A DNA stretch of 64,000 nucleotides from Prasinococcaceae sp. CCMP 1430 (taxonomy: Eukaryota; Plantae; Prasinodermophyta), in contig RQSC01000014.1 of NCBI GenBank assembly GCA_013416795.1, positions 486,768 through 550,767 on the forward strand, written 5' to 3'. The position numbers and the translations under genes were made by a program. The first letter of the stretch is position 1; each line of letters begins with the position of its first letter. Positions 31,740 through 42,602 of the stretch are shown here, piece after piece. Under the pieces are notes generated by a model, which searched no databases, was not told the DNA's origin, and saw only the letters and a list, made by a program, of their open reading frames with translations.

Positions 31740-34700
31740 ATGGCCGCGCGGCGCAAGTTCGACCGGGGGGGCCTACGGCAGCACATGCTGTGCGGCGTGG
31801 GCGATGTGCCCGTGTTCGAGCCCTCCGAGGAGGAGTTCGCCGCGGGACCGTACGCGTACCTCGCCACGATCCGCGAGGAGGGGGCGCGATACGGGCTGTG
31901 CCGCGTGCGGCCGCCGAAGAGCTTCCGCGTGCCGCTCGCGCTGTCGATGAAGACGCTGCGCTTCGACACGCGCTCGCAGCCCGTCAACGAGCTCATGAAG
32001 CGCGAGGCGTACGTGCAAACCGAGGAGGAGTTCATGAAGGAGTACGAGGCGTTCCTGGAAGAGAAAGGCGTCGCCCGCTGGCGGCGGCCGCCCGCGTACG
32101 ACGGCGAGGAGCTCGACCTGCGCCAGCTCTTCGCAGAGGTGAGGCGCAGGGGCGGCTTCCGCTCGGTCGGCCGGCGCCGCATGTGGCGCGAGGTCGTGCG
32201 CGCGATGGGCGTCGGCGACGAGCGCGACAACGCCCCCACCGTATTCCGGGCGCTCTACGAGAAACACCTGCTCGCCTATGAGCAGCACTGCGCTCCGGGT
32301 GGTGCCACGGCGGACGAGACCGCGGTGGCCAGCGGAGGCGCGCCGCCGGCGGGGCCGTCGGCTGACGGTGGGGTGGCCGGCGCGGCGGCGGCAGGCGGCG
32401 GGGGCGTACCCTCGGTCCAGCCTTCCCCGGCCAAGAGCGCCGGGGGCAAAGCGCCGGCGCACACGCACGCGAGGCGCGTGGTTGCGGAGGCTGCAGCTGC
32501 GGCAAACGCGCGTGGGGGGGCGAGCGTCACGGGGGCACGCGGCCAGGCGGATGCAGTATCGGGCGCCGCCGTCCTTCGACAGGGGAGCAGCGCGCGAGGC
32601 CCCGGCTGCTCCGACGCCAACGCCAGGGACATCGTCGCAAGCAGCGGCCTCCGCGGCGGCACAGGTGCGGGGAGCACCGCTCGCGCGGTGGGGGCGGCCA
32701 GGCGCGCTTCTGATTCCGCCAGCGATGGCGACGTCGACAGCGGGAGCGAAATACAGGCGGGCGCCGACGATGGCGGCGCGCGAGCCGGCGCCGTTGACTG
32801 CGGCGCCGATGCCGCCTCCGGGGTGGACTCCGATAGCGATTCCGAGGTTGGCCGCGTCGTGTGCGAACACTGCAATTGCGGAGGCCACGAAGACTGCATG
32901 CTGCTGTGCGATGGCTGCAATACCGGCTATCACATGTATTGCCTGAGCCCCCCGCTGGAGCGCGTGCCTGACGGCGAGTGGCACTGCCCGCGCTGCGCTG
33001 AGAAGCGCGCAGAGGCGTGGGGCTTCGAAGATGGCGGGGAGTACACCGCCACGGAGCTGCAAGAGAGCAACCGGGCCTTCATGTCGCGCTATTTCGGATC
33101 GGACTCGCGCGCGCGGTCGCTGAGCGTCCACGAGATCGAGGCGGAGTTCTGGCGGTGCGTGGAATCTCCCGACCATACCGTGCGGGTTCTGTACGGAGCA
33201 GACCTAGACACCCACGTGGTCGGCTCTGGGTTTCCCGTCGCTGAGGAAGTGCGCAAGCGCTTCAAGTCTGAGGACATGCCGCCGCCTCCGCCGCACCTGC
33301 GCGCACCCGGCACCCGCGGTGGCGCGCCCAGCCCCGCCACAGCTGCCTGCGCCTCGAGCGCCTGGAACCTCAACAACATTCCATTCGACACGCAGAGCAT
33401 GCTCAACTTCATCGAGCAGCGCGTCCAGGGCATCATGGTGCCGTGGCTGTACTTGGGCATGTGCTTCAGCAGCTTCGCGTGGCACACCGAAGACCACCAC
33501 CTGTACAGCATCAACTACAACCATGTCGGCGCGCCGAAGGTGTGGTATACGGTGCCGGCCTCGTCCAGGGAGGGGTTGGAGAGGGTCATGCGCGACGTGC
33601 TTCCCGACATGTTCGACGCCCACCCGGACCTACTGTTTCAGCTCACGACTTTGGTTAACCCGGCGCAGCTGGAGGCTGCGGGCGTCCCCGTGTATCGCTG
33701 CGTCCAGCACGCGGGTGAGTTCGTCTTTGCCTTCCCCGGCGCCTACCACGGCGGCTTCAATGCGGGCTTCAACGTCGCCGAGGCCGTCAATTTTGGTGCG
33801 GCCGACTGGATTCCTTCGGGCGTCCAGGCCACGGCACGCATAGCCAAGTTTCACCGCCCGGGCCTTTTCTGCCAAGAGGAAGTCGCAGCTCGCGCAGCAC
33901 AGCGTCAGGCTGCCTTTCACAGGCGGTATCTCTCGCGTCCTGGGCGCAAAAAACGGGTGACGCCCACGCTTTTCCCGCGCGAGGCCGCCGAGACCGTCGC
34001 ACGCGAGCTGCTGCGCGTGCATAGGCAGGAGAGCGAAGCACGCAGAGACGTCCTCCAAGCAGGATGCGCGCCCGAGCCGCGGAACGCTGCGGCGCGAGAG
34101 AACGCGAGTATCAACGGCGCGGCCAAAAGGGGCAGTGCACGACGGCGCGGCCGCGTGCTCGCGCCGACTGCGGGCGGCGCCGCCGCCGGTGACGGCGACG
34201 AGCACGAGTGCATTGTGTGCAGACGGTTTGTCTTCGCGTCGGCGGTTGGCTGCAGCTGTTGCCCGGGACGCGCTGCTTGCCCCATGCACGCCGACAAGCT
34301 GTGTGACTGTGCGCCTGGCAAGCGCGCGCTCATTAGCGGCGGGGCGGCCCACCTGCGCGCCCTTCGCGAGAACGCCAGCACGCTTGCTGATGCCATGCAC
34401 GACGAAAGTGGGGAAGCGAGCGCCGAGCTACAGTCCCATCTGCGTGCGCTGAGCGAGTTTGAGTCGACTCGAAACGGTGCTGAACGATGGCTCGAAGAGG
34501 CGCAAGCGTTGCTCGACTCGCGTCCGGGCGCAGGTGCACGTCCAAGGGACCCACGGCGGCTCGTTGGGCTCACTGACAGCCTCGCGGAGCGCATGGACAC
34601 GCATATTGTTGCCTGTGGCGCGCTGCTCTGTGCGGGTTTCGAGCCACGCGATGACGAGTGCTCGGAAGACGGCTCCGGCGGAGAGACAAGTGATGGCGAC

Positions 34701-37700
34701 GAGAGCTGCTCCATTCAGCTTGGTGATGAAGTGCGTGCGCGGTATGCGCAGCTCTGCAAGGCTGCTGCATGGCGCAAGGAGGCGGTCGCATTCATGCTGC
34801 CGCACACGCGGACGCAGGGCAGTGCAGCGTCGCAGACCCGCAGAACGCGCTCTGTTGTCGCCGGCGGCGATGGGATGGAAAAGCTGGCAAGGAAAGTCAG
34901 GACAGCTGCTGCCGACCATGCATGCAGTGGCACTTGCCCCGGTCGAGATTGTGCCGATGGCTCGACGAGTGCGGCTGGTGGGACGCGGGAGGGGTACGTT
35001 GCTGTACGCAACGGTTTTGCGCCCGGAGATCGCGTCGGTGAAGTGCCAACTGTCGAGCGGGTGCAGCGCCTGATCGCCGATGGTGATCTGGGTGGGCCAG
35101 GCGAGGTGTTTGGCCACTCAATGCTCAAGATGCTGAGGGATATGCATGCTGCTGAGGTCGAGCTCGACACCATTGTTTGTCAGGTCATGTCGGCTGCCGA
35201 GAGCTCCGGCTCACTCGATGAGACGAGCAGCTCGCCGCTCGCCTCACACATCGGGCCCGGGGACAAGCCGATAGATGCGCTCTCAACTCTTGCGGCGCGC
35301 GTTGGCGCCTCGCGCGTGCGTCTGAAGTCGGGCTCGGCATTCATGCGCGCTGTCAGCGCATTGCTCGATTGGGAACGCGAGGTGCGTATCCTCAGCACGT
35401 CATGCAATGACCAAACAGCAGCCAGAGACCTGAACGCGCTACCGACATTCAGCGCTGCGCAAGATCTGGCAGAGCGATACTCGAAGCTACTCTTCAGGGG
35501 TGCTGTGCACGACCTGCATGCGACCTTCAAAAGCACCGTGCTCGATCCGGCCGCGTCGTGGATATCAAAGGCCACGCGAATGGTCGCTTGGCGCCTGGGG
35601 ACCGCGAGTGCGAACGAAATGCTCTCTGTTGCGCAGGAGCGCAAACTTCCCGTAGCGGGCAGTGCTTTAGCGCGCATCGCGGAGTGCGCGGAGGCTACCG
35701 CTGCATTCGTGAAAGAGCCCGTCGTAGCAGCTGCAGCGCGTGCGGCAGCGAAGCCCTTGCGGAGGGGGACCACGCGCGGTACTGTGCCTCAGCGCATGGA
35801 TGCGTCATCAGTGGCTGTGCGAGCGGCGAAGGCCATGGCCGCCACGTCTCGGGACGGGCGCGACGAACATGGAGCGGCCGCGCGTGCGCGTTCACTGTTG
35901 TCAGGCATAGCAAGCGATTCGGCTGTGTTTGCTTTTGAGGCCGAGGTGGCCGCTGCCGGCATGCGTTTCATCGAATGGCGTGAGGCGGTAGAACGTGCAC
36001 ACGATGCGGAGGATGGTAGCGATGCAGCCGTGCTGACGGCCTTGTTGGCCTCGGCCTCCCTGTGCGGGGCGACGGGCTGCCCCGAGCACGGCGAGCTCGT
36101 GGAGCTGCTTGCCGAGAGCCGCAGTTGGGATGCACGCGCGGCGGATCTTTTGGAGGGAGGCTGTGCCGCCGAGGATGCCCACGCTCTACTGCGGGAATGC
36201 AACGATTGGCAATTTGCGCCAGCGATGGTTGGTGTGGTGAACGCCGAACTCGCGCGCTGCAAGGCATGGTCTGAGCGCGCAGCGCTCGCGCTTCGCACGC
36301 GCGCGCCCTTGCGAGCGTCGACAGTCTCCACCGCTATTCCCGACATGCCTGCAGTGGCCGCGCTCATCCAAGAGGCATGCGCACTCCCCATGCGACCGCG
36401 CGAGGCCGATGCGCTGCGCGAGAAGTACGCTCTGGCACGTGCGTGGGAGTGCGAATGTGCGGATGAGCTCACCGAGTGCGGTGCAATTGACGAGGCGCGC
36501 GCTGAACGCATCCGGGATATTATTGCACGCGGCGAGGCGTTCGCTCTTGTGTTGCCCGTGCTGAGTGCAATGAAGGCCTTTCTGCGAGCTTCCGAGTGGA
36601 ACGCGCGCGCAGCTCTGCTTTGGTGCGGAGGTGCGAGGCGAAATCGCGCCGGACTGCCGACTGTTGCTCAGCTTGCGGGGCTCAAGCGTTCTGCAGAGGC
36701 CATTGCTACGCTCGCCGATGCGGGCGCCGTGGCGGTGCCTGACAGCCGTCGTGGTGAAGAGCTCCGCGTCTGCGCCGCATTGCACGCTCGCGTGGTGGAG
36801 CAGTCGCGTTTGGCTTCAGAATGGGACAGGCGCGCTAGGGAGATCCTCGAGGACGATGGCCTTCGCGATGGGAAACGCTCGGGCGTCAGCGGGCGTCGAG
36901 GCGGCACGCACCCCGTAGCCGACGCGCAGCGCTTCATTGAGAGCGCTGCGGCAATCGAGGTCAAGCTTGAGTACTTGGAGGCTCTCGAACATGAGCTCGT
37001 CCAGTATCACCTGCGGGTTGCTCGTGTGCAAAGTCTGCTTGCCGATCTTGGCATTGACTTCGAAGCGGAGGTACCCGATATCGAAGAAGAGGCGTCTGAT
37101 GCGAGTCTGAGCTCCGGAGAGGACGAGACGAGCAAAGAAGGCGGAGGCAAGCGCAAGGCGCAAGGTCAACTTTGTCCGCGGCGGAAGCGCGCGCGCGCCC
37201 CACCGCGCTCTCTGCTCCCAGGCGAGTCGGACGAAGGGGTGCTGGCCGGCACGAGGCTGTTGTTGCGCGAGGGCCCGCCTGTCGAGGAATCGGAGCGCTT
37301 CGAGTACGGTGATATTGAATCTGTGCTTGATGAGGACGATGCGTCACCCATTCCCCTCGACGCGCGCACTCGTGGCGCTCTCGCTCGAGCAATCGAGCCG
37401 GCGGATGAGTGGTCCGAGGCGGCTTCGAGGGCGATATGCGCAGACCCCGCCAATGAGCTTGGCGACGTGCTTGAGTACCTATCCGACCGTGTAGCAAATG
37501 CGCAGGCGCGTCTCGAGCAGGCCGCGGCTGGCGACTATCTAGAGGACAGGGAGGCCGCCCTGGGCATCGACGGGGGCGATAAGAGGCGCGGCCGCAAGCG
37601 TCACTTGCGGCGCGAAGTTCGCTTTTGCCTATGCGGGGTCAACGAAAAGGAGGACGATGGCGGTGTGGACATGGTGTGCTGTGACATGTGTGACCAGTGG

Positions 37701-39062
37701 GTGCACGTCGACTGCGTCGGCCTCACCAAGCAGGAAGTCACGGCAATGGACGCGTTCATCTGTCCAGTGTGCGCTCAAGGCCGCGAGCCGCTCGGTCGGA
37801 AGTCGAAGCGCAACGAGGTGCGGGGTACAATCGCGCACGACTCGTTCTGCGTATCGAATCGCCCGACGCTAAGCGACCTGAGGGTGCTCGCCGCGGCCTC
37901 GCGGCGCTTGATCGTTAAGCCTGCCCTCGAGGAGCAGCTGCTGTCCACAATCAAGAGCCTGGAGCGTTTCGATGTGGCCGCACACGGATTTATGGACATG
38001 CTCACCGACCACGATACCCCCACGCCGGCGCCGCGGGCGTGCGTGGCGTACGCGGCGATCTCGATGGAGGTGCCGCTGCGCTCCGCCGCGGCCGTCGTTG
38101 CCTCGGCGGCGCTCGATACGCTCACCAAGAGCGCCAACAAGCTCCTCGAGGCCGAGCTGAAGCCCTCTCTGAAGTCGGTCTCGCGGTTCATTCGGCGCGT
38201 GGAAGCACTCGACCTCCCCGAACGGGTCAAGGATTCGGGCGCGCTAGGCGAGCTCGCCCGCTACGAGCGCGAGGGAACCGCGTGGGCGCGCGAGGCGCGT
38301 GCCGCGTTGGAAGACCTCACCATGCCTCTTTCCGTCGTGCGACGCATCATTTCCGCGGCAGACGATCTCTTCGTGGGGGTCACGAAGGAGGTGGCGCAGC
38401 TCGAAGACCGCTGTGTGCTGCATTGCGTGTGCCGCAAGCCTTACGATGGTTCGTCATGCATGATATTGTGCGACGTGTGTGACACGTGGTTCCACTACGA
38501 GTGCGTCGGCCTGAAGGCGCCGGCCCCGGGAGAGAAGGCCACGCATCCCAGCAGGTGGGCGTGCCCGAGTTGCCTCGGCGAGTCGCAGGTGTTGCTACCC
38601 GCAGGGCAGGATGCCGCACCCAAAGAGGTCAAGCCTACACTTTCGACGCCAGCAGCCGCATCCACGCTGGAGGACGCTGGGGATGCCGGCGCGGCGCACA
38701 AGCGGGCCCTGGATGCGCCTGCTGATGGCGCACGAGTCGCACCCGCGTCGCATCCCGCGCAGCAATGCCCTCGCGCGGCGGCGGCAGAAGCCAGCAGGGC
38801 ATCGACGCTTCCATCTGCTGCTCCACTGAGCGTGTCGGTCGAAATGCACCCGACCGCAGTTGCGCAGGCGCATGCTGAGCAAGTCGCCAGGGCCGCTCGC
38901 GAGCAACAGCTGTTGATAGAGGCTCACGCAGCACAGCTGCAAGCCGCCCAAATACAGAGCGCACAGTTTGCTGCCCGCGCTCAACAATTTGGCATCGTTG
39001 ACACGCAGGGGCAAGTGGCGCACCAACAATTGCTTCTGTTACAGCAGCAGCAGCAGCAGCAC

Positions 39063-39096
<34 letters not shown>

Positions 39097-39359
39097 TGCA
39101 TCAGCAATTGCAGGTGCATATGCAGCGTCAGCAGCAGCAGATGCTCGCGGCGCAGGCCGGCGTGTGCATGACCGCACCAAATCTTACCCCCGCGCAGACG
39201 CACGTGTCGACGAGCGCGTTGCCGCAAATGCAGGTGCCAGGTGCCCAATACCTCATGCCGATGGGCAGGGCGGAGGCAGCCATGGCTACTACGCAGCTCT
39301 CGGGCGTCGCGACGTCAGCAGCGCTGCCCCTCACGTGGCCGCAGTATCTACCGCCTTAG
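31740..39359 (+). CDS. KDM5: KDM5/JARID1-type JmjC histone H3K4 demethylase (JmjN, ARID, PHD, JmjC, C5HC2, PLU-1-like repeats, 2 further PHD, polyQ); apparently one exon
   Basis: VPVFEPSEEEF...YGLCRVRPP; LDLRQLFAEVRRRGG; CEHC...MLLCDGCNTGYHMYCLSPPL; FAWHTEDHHLYSINY and AYHGGFN (HxE...H intact); FCLC...MVCCDMCDQWVHVDCV; LHCVCRKPYD...MILCDVCDTWFHYECV; likely ATG at 31740. Confidence 0.95.
39042..39141 (+). repeat. CAG-rich polyglutamine tract
   Basis: QQQQQQHQQQQQQQQQQQMHQQLQVHMQRQQQQ encoded by CAG runs. Confidence 0.95.
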
Positions 39360-39466
39360 CCGTGGCATGCCTTCGAGCTGGAGCCATCGCGCCATGGGCA
39401 TGTAACATAGATATACAGTAGCATATATGTACAACAGTTGCGAACGTCGCTCGTAGCTGGCGCGCG

Positions 39467-40731
39467 TCATTCCGAGTCGGGGAGCTGGGGCATTGCACGC
39501 GAAGGGCGGCCGTACCCGGCCCGCTGGCTCTCTTCGACGCCAGCCATCGTGGCGATCGCCTCCTCAGTGGTGCGCAGTGGGCGCCGCAAAGGTGACATCG
39601 GCGCCGAGATCCCTGCGGCAGCGATGTGCCCTGGCGACCTGCTTCCCCACGCCTCCCCCCCGATCGAACGCTGCGCGCTGCGTGCAGCAATCCACTGCGC
39701 GCGCTTGAAGGCCGGGTCCTCGCTGCCTCTCACCGCTCTGAGCCGATCCGCCTCGACCTTGACGCGGACCTCGCGAGCGGTGGCGAGGTTGTGCTCCCGC
39801 TCCTCCGCGGCGCGCGCGCGCGCCTCCACCTCGCGCGCATGCGCGCCACGCATCGCGCGGATGTGCTCGCCTGCGGCTCGCGCCTCGCTGAACATGTCAC
39901 TGACGCGCTGTCCCGGGTCGGGCACGAACACCGAGCCGCCGTACTCGTCTGCACGCAGCCCGAACGCGGGGGCGTATCTCGAGCCTCTCGCCATCTTCTC
40001 GCGCGCCTCGCGCGGCTTGAATTCGTACGAGCCCACCCGCCCCGAGTAGGCAGTCCGCATGGGCGTATCGGCGGCCTCCCGCGCTTGACACTCTAGTATG
40101 CGCCGGATCTTGTCGGGCGTGAGGCCCTCGGTGCGCTGGCGGCGGGCGCCGCGCGCTCGCGCGACAGCTGCAGCCTCCGCCGCGGCGCGCTCGGAGGCGG
40201 CCGCCTCTGCATGTAGGCGCTCCGCCGCTGCGCGCGCGTCGTGTGCCGTCGCCGCGGCGCGCGCTCGCAATGCGGGTCGTCGCCGCCGCCGCCAGCGGGG
40301 CTTCTGGCGGCCGTCGACGGCGCCGTCGCCGCGCCGGCGGTGTCCCGACGGCGCCGGGTGATGCGCCCGCCCGTGGGTGCTCCCGGCGCGCCGTCGTCCT
40401 CTGCAAACGAAAGGAACGCGTCCGCATTGACTTGCGCGTGGCCCCACGCGCGATGCACGATGGGCGGCGGCCGCTCGCCGCGGCGGCGGCGGCGGCGACG
40501 ACGACGACGACGACGGCCTTCCTTGCGAGAGGACGTGCCGGGTGGCCCCTCCGCGGGCTCGCCCTCAGCGCTCGATCCGTCGGAGTCGCCTCCCGAGTCC
40601 GAGTAGTCGCCTCCCGAGTCCGAGCCGGAGCGCGCGCCCGCGTCATCGCCACCTCCGTCGCCGCCCCCGTCGCTCCCGCCGCCGCAGCACCTGGTGCAGG
40701 GGCGGAAGCACCTGCCGAGCATTGCGCCCAT
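39467..40731 (-). CDS. Hypothetical protein; N-terminal and C-terminal coding segments lie in different frames
   Basis: ATG at 40731, [18 protein letters not shown] plus an acidic Ser/Gly/Asp tract; helical [18 protein letters not shown]...[16 protein letters not shown] in another frame; junction (intron or indel) not resolved. Confidence 0.5.
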
Positions 40732-40959
40732 CTCCGCGGCGGAGGGGAACGAGACGGGGGGCGACCGGGCGGCGGCCGGGCCGACGCGTGCGCCCTACCG
40801 CATACCTGCTCCCCTTCCCCCTACCTCCCCTCGCCGTCCTCCGCTGCGTCGCCTGGCGCACGCCCCGCTCGCACGCACGCCGCGGCTGTGGCGCGCCCGC
40901 GCCCGTTCCCCCCTGCGCGCGCGCGGGGCCCGAGCGCGAGCGCGCGCGACCGGCGTCCT

Positions 40960-41151
40960 ATGGAGAGCCACCAGCCCGTGTCGTTCGCGAGCGGGGCGGG
41001 GTACGGCGCGTCGGGCACGCCCTACATTTGCGGCGACTGCGGCGCCGAGAACAAGATCAAGCAGGGAGACGTCATCCAGTGCCGCGAGTGCGGCTACCGC
41101 ATCCTCTACAAGAAGCGCACCACCAAGATCGTGCAGTACGAGGCGCGCTAG
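40960..41151 (+). CDS. RPB12: RNA polymerase I/II/III common subunit RPABC4
   Basis: [40 protein letters not shown] zinc ribbon. Confidence 0.96.
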   Translation: MESHQPVSFASGAGYGASGTPYICGDCGAENKIKQGDVIQCRECGYRILYKKRTTKIVQYEAR

Positions 41152-41397
41152 GCGGGGCGCGGAGCGCGCCGCGGGGCGACGGCTAGGGCGCGCGGGCGGC
41201 GGGGACAGGGGTAGCCGGTAGCAAGTGGGGGAAGGGGGGGGCGGGGGAAAAAGAGGGTGCTTGGGAGGCCGGCGTCGGCTCAGGCGGCGACGCGCGCAGA
41301 GGAGGAGAGCGCCGTAGCCGCCGAGGCGCGCGGGCCACCAGCGGGTCGAGATCATGCGCGTGGCGGCGGGCGGGGCGGCGGCGAGCGGTACACGTAC

Positions 41398-42378
41398 ATG
41401 GGCCACGACGTCGGCGCCGAGCGCGGCTCGATGATCAACAGACAGGGCCTGAGGCTGGCGACGTACACGTGGCGGTGCCGCCGGGGGCCGCCGCGCGGCG
41501 TGGTGGTGGCCGCGCACGGCCTCGACGTGCACGCCAAGTTCGACATGCTCAAGGCCAGCGAGCCGGGCAAGCCGCACGTGACCAACACAGGCGTCGCCGG
41601 CGCGCTCTCCGGCGCGCACGGCCCCGCCGCCGAGCGGCCCGACTTCGCGTGCTGCGACGTGATCGGATTGGATCACCAGTCGTACGGCGAGTCGGAGGGC
41701 GCGCTCGGGCCGAAGTACCGCTCCTTCTTCTGGAGCTTCCAGGACCTCGTGGAGGACTTCGCGCAGCTCATCACTCAAATCCGCGCGGAGCCGCGCTACG
41801 AGGGCCTGCCGGTGTTCCTCAAGGGCAGCTCGCTGGGAGGCGGTGTCTGCCTGGCCATCGCGGCGACGCGACCCGATCTCCTCGACGGCTTCGTGCTGGT
41901 GGCGCCGCTCATCACGCTGGATCGCGTCAAGTCGCAGTCGTGGAACCCCTACCTTCGACCGCTGGCGGGGCTCATCAGTCGCATCTACCCCACGCTGCCT
42001 GCGGGAACGAAGAGCCCCAACCCCAACAGAACGCAGTACGAGGAGTTCGAGGTGGACGAGCAGACGCACAAGGGAATGGTGCGCGCGCGCGTGGCCACCG
42101 AGGTGCTCAACTACACCGACGCCGTGGTGGAGCTGCTGCCGCGCGTCACCGCGCCCTTCCTCGTCCTGCACTCGCCCGGCGACAACATGACCGAGTTCGC
42201 CGGCTCGCAAATGCTCATGGAACTCGCGGCCACGCCCGCCGAGCTCAAGCGGCTGGATGCCATCGACGGGTGGCACGCTGTCCTGCACGAGAAGGACGGC
42301 CACAAACACATTGCCACCATTGCTGAGTGGGTGGCGGAGCGCGTCGCCGCGCACGAGGCCAAAGGCGCTCAGCAATAG
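41398..42378 (+). CDS. Alpha/beta hydrolase, monoacylglycerol lipase / lysophospholipase (Hydrolase_4) family
   Basis: VVVAAHGL, LDHQSYGESEG, GSSLGG nucleophile elbow, VLHSPGDNMT (Asp), GWHAVLHE (His): triad intact. Confidence 0.9.
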   Translation: MGHDVGAERGSMINRQGLRLATYTWRCRRGPPRGVVVAAHGLDVHAKFDMLKASEPGKPHVTNTGVAGALSGAHGPAAERPDFACCDVIGLDHQSYGESEGALGPKYRSFFWSFQDLVEDFAQLITQIRAEPRYEGLPVFLKGSSLGGGVCLAIAATRPDLLDGFVLVAPLITLDRVKSQSWNPYLRPLAGLISRIYPTLPAGTKSPNPNRTQYEEFEVDEQTHKGMVRARVATEVLNYTDAVVELLPRVTAPFLVLHSPGDNMTEFAGSQMLMELAATPAELKRLDAIDGWHAVLHEKDGHKHIATIAEWVAERVAAHEAKGAQQ

Positions 42379-42602
42379 CTCGAGCCAGCGATAGCTCGAG
42401 CTCCTGCGCGTCGATTCGAGCGCGCGCGGATCAGCGGCGCACCCTGCGGCGGTGGGAGCAGCGGCGCCGACAGCAGCTACTCGTAAATCAGTTGCTCGAG
42501 CACGAGGTCGCTCCTCTGCGCATTTTTACGTTTCGTGTCGCGGGGTGCGGCTGCTGCCCCCCCCCCCCCCCCCCCCCCTTCCTGCGCCTGCGAGGTGGCT
42601 CG

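Noticed and set aside
42558-42578. Poly-C/G homopolymers (also 2710-2727, 24553-24564, 29765-29779) as functional elements
   Set aside because: Low complexity with unreliable length; no independent evidence
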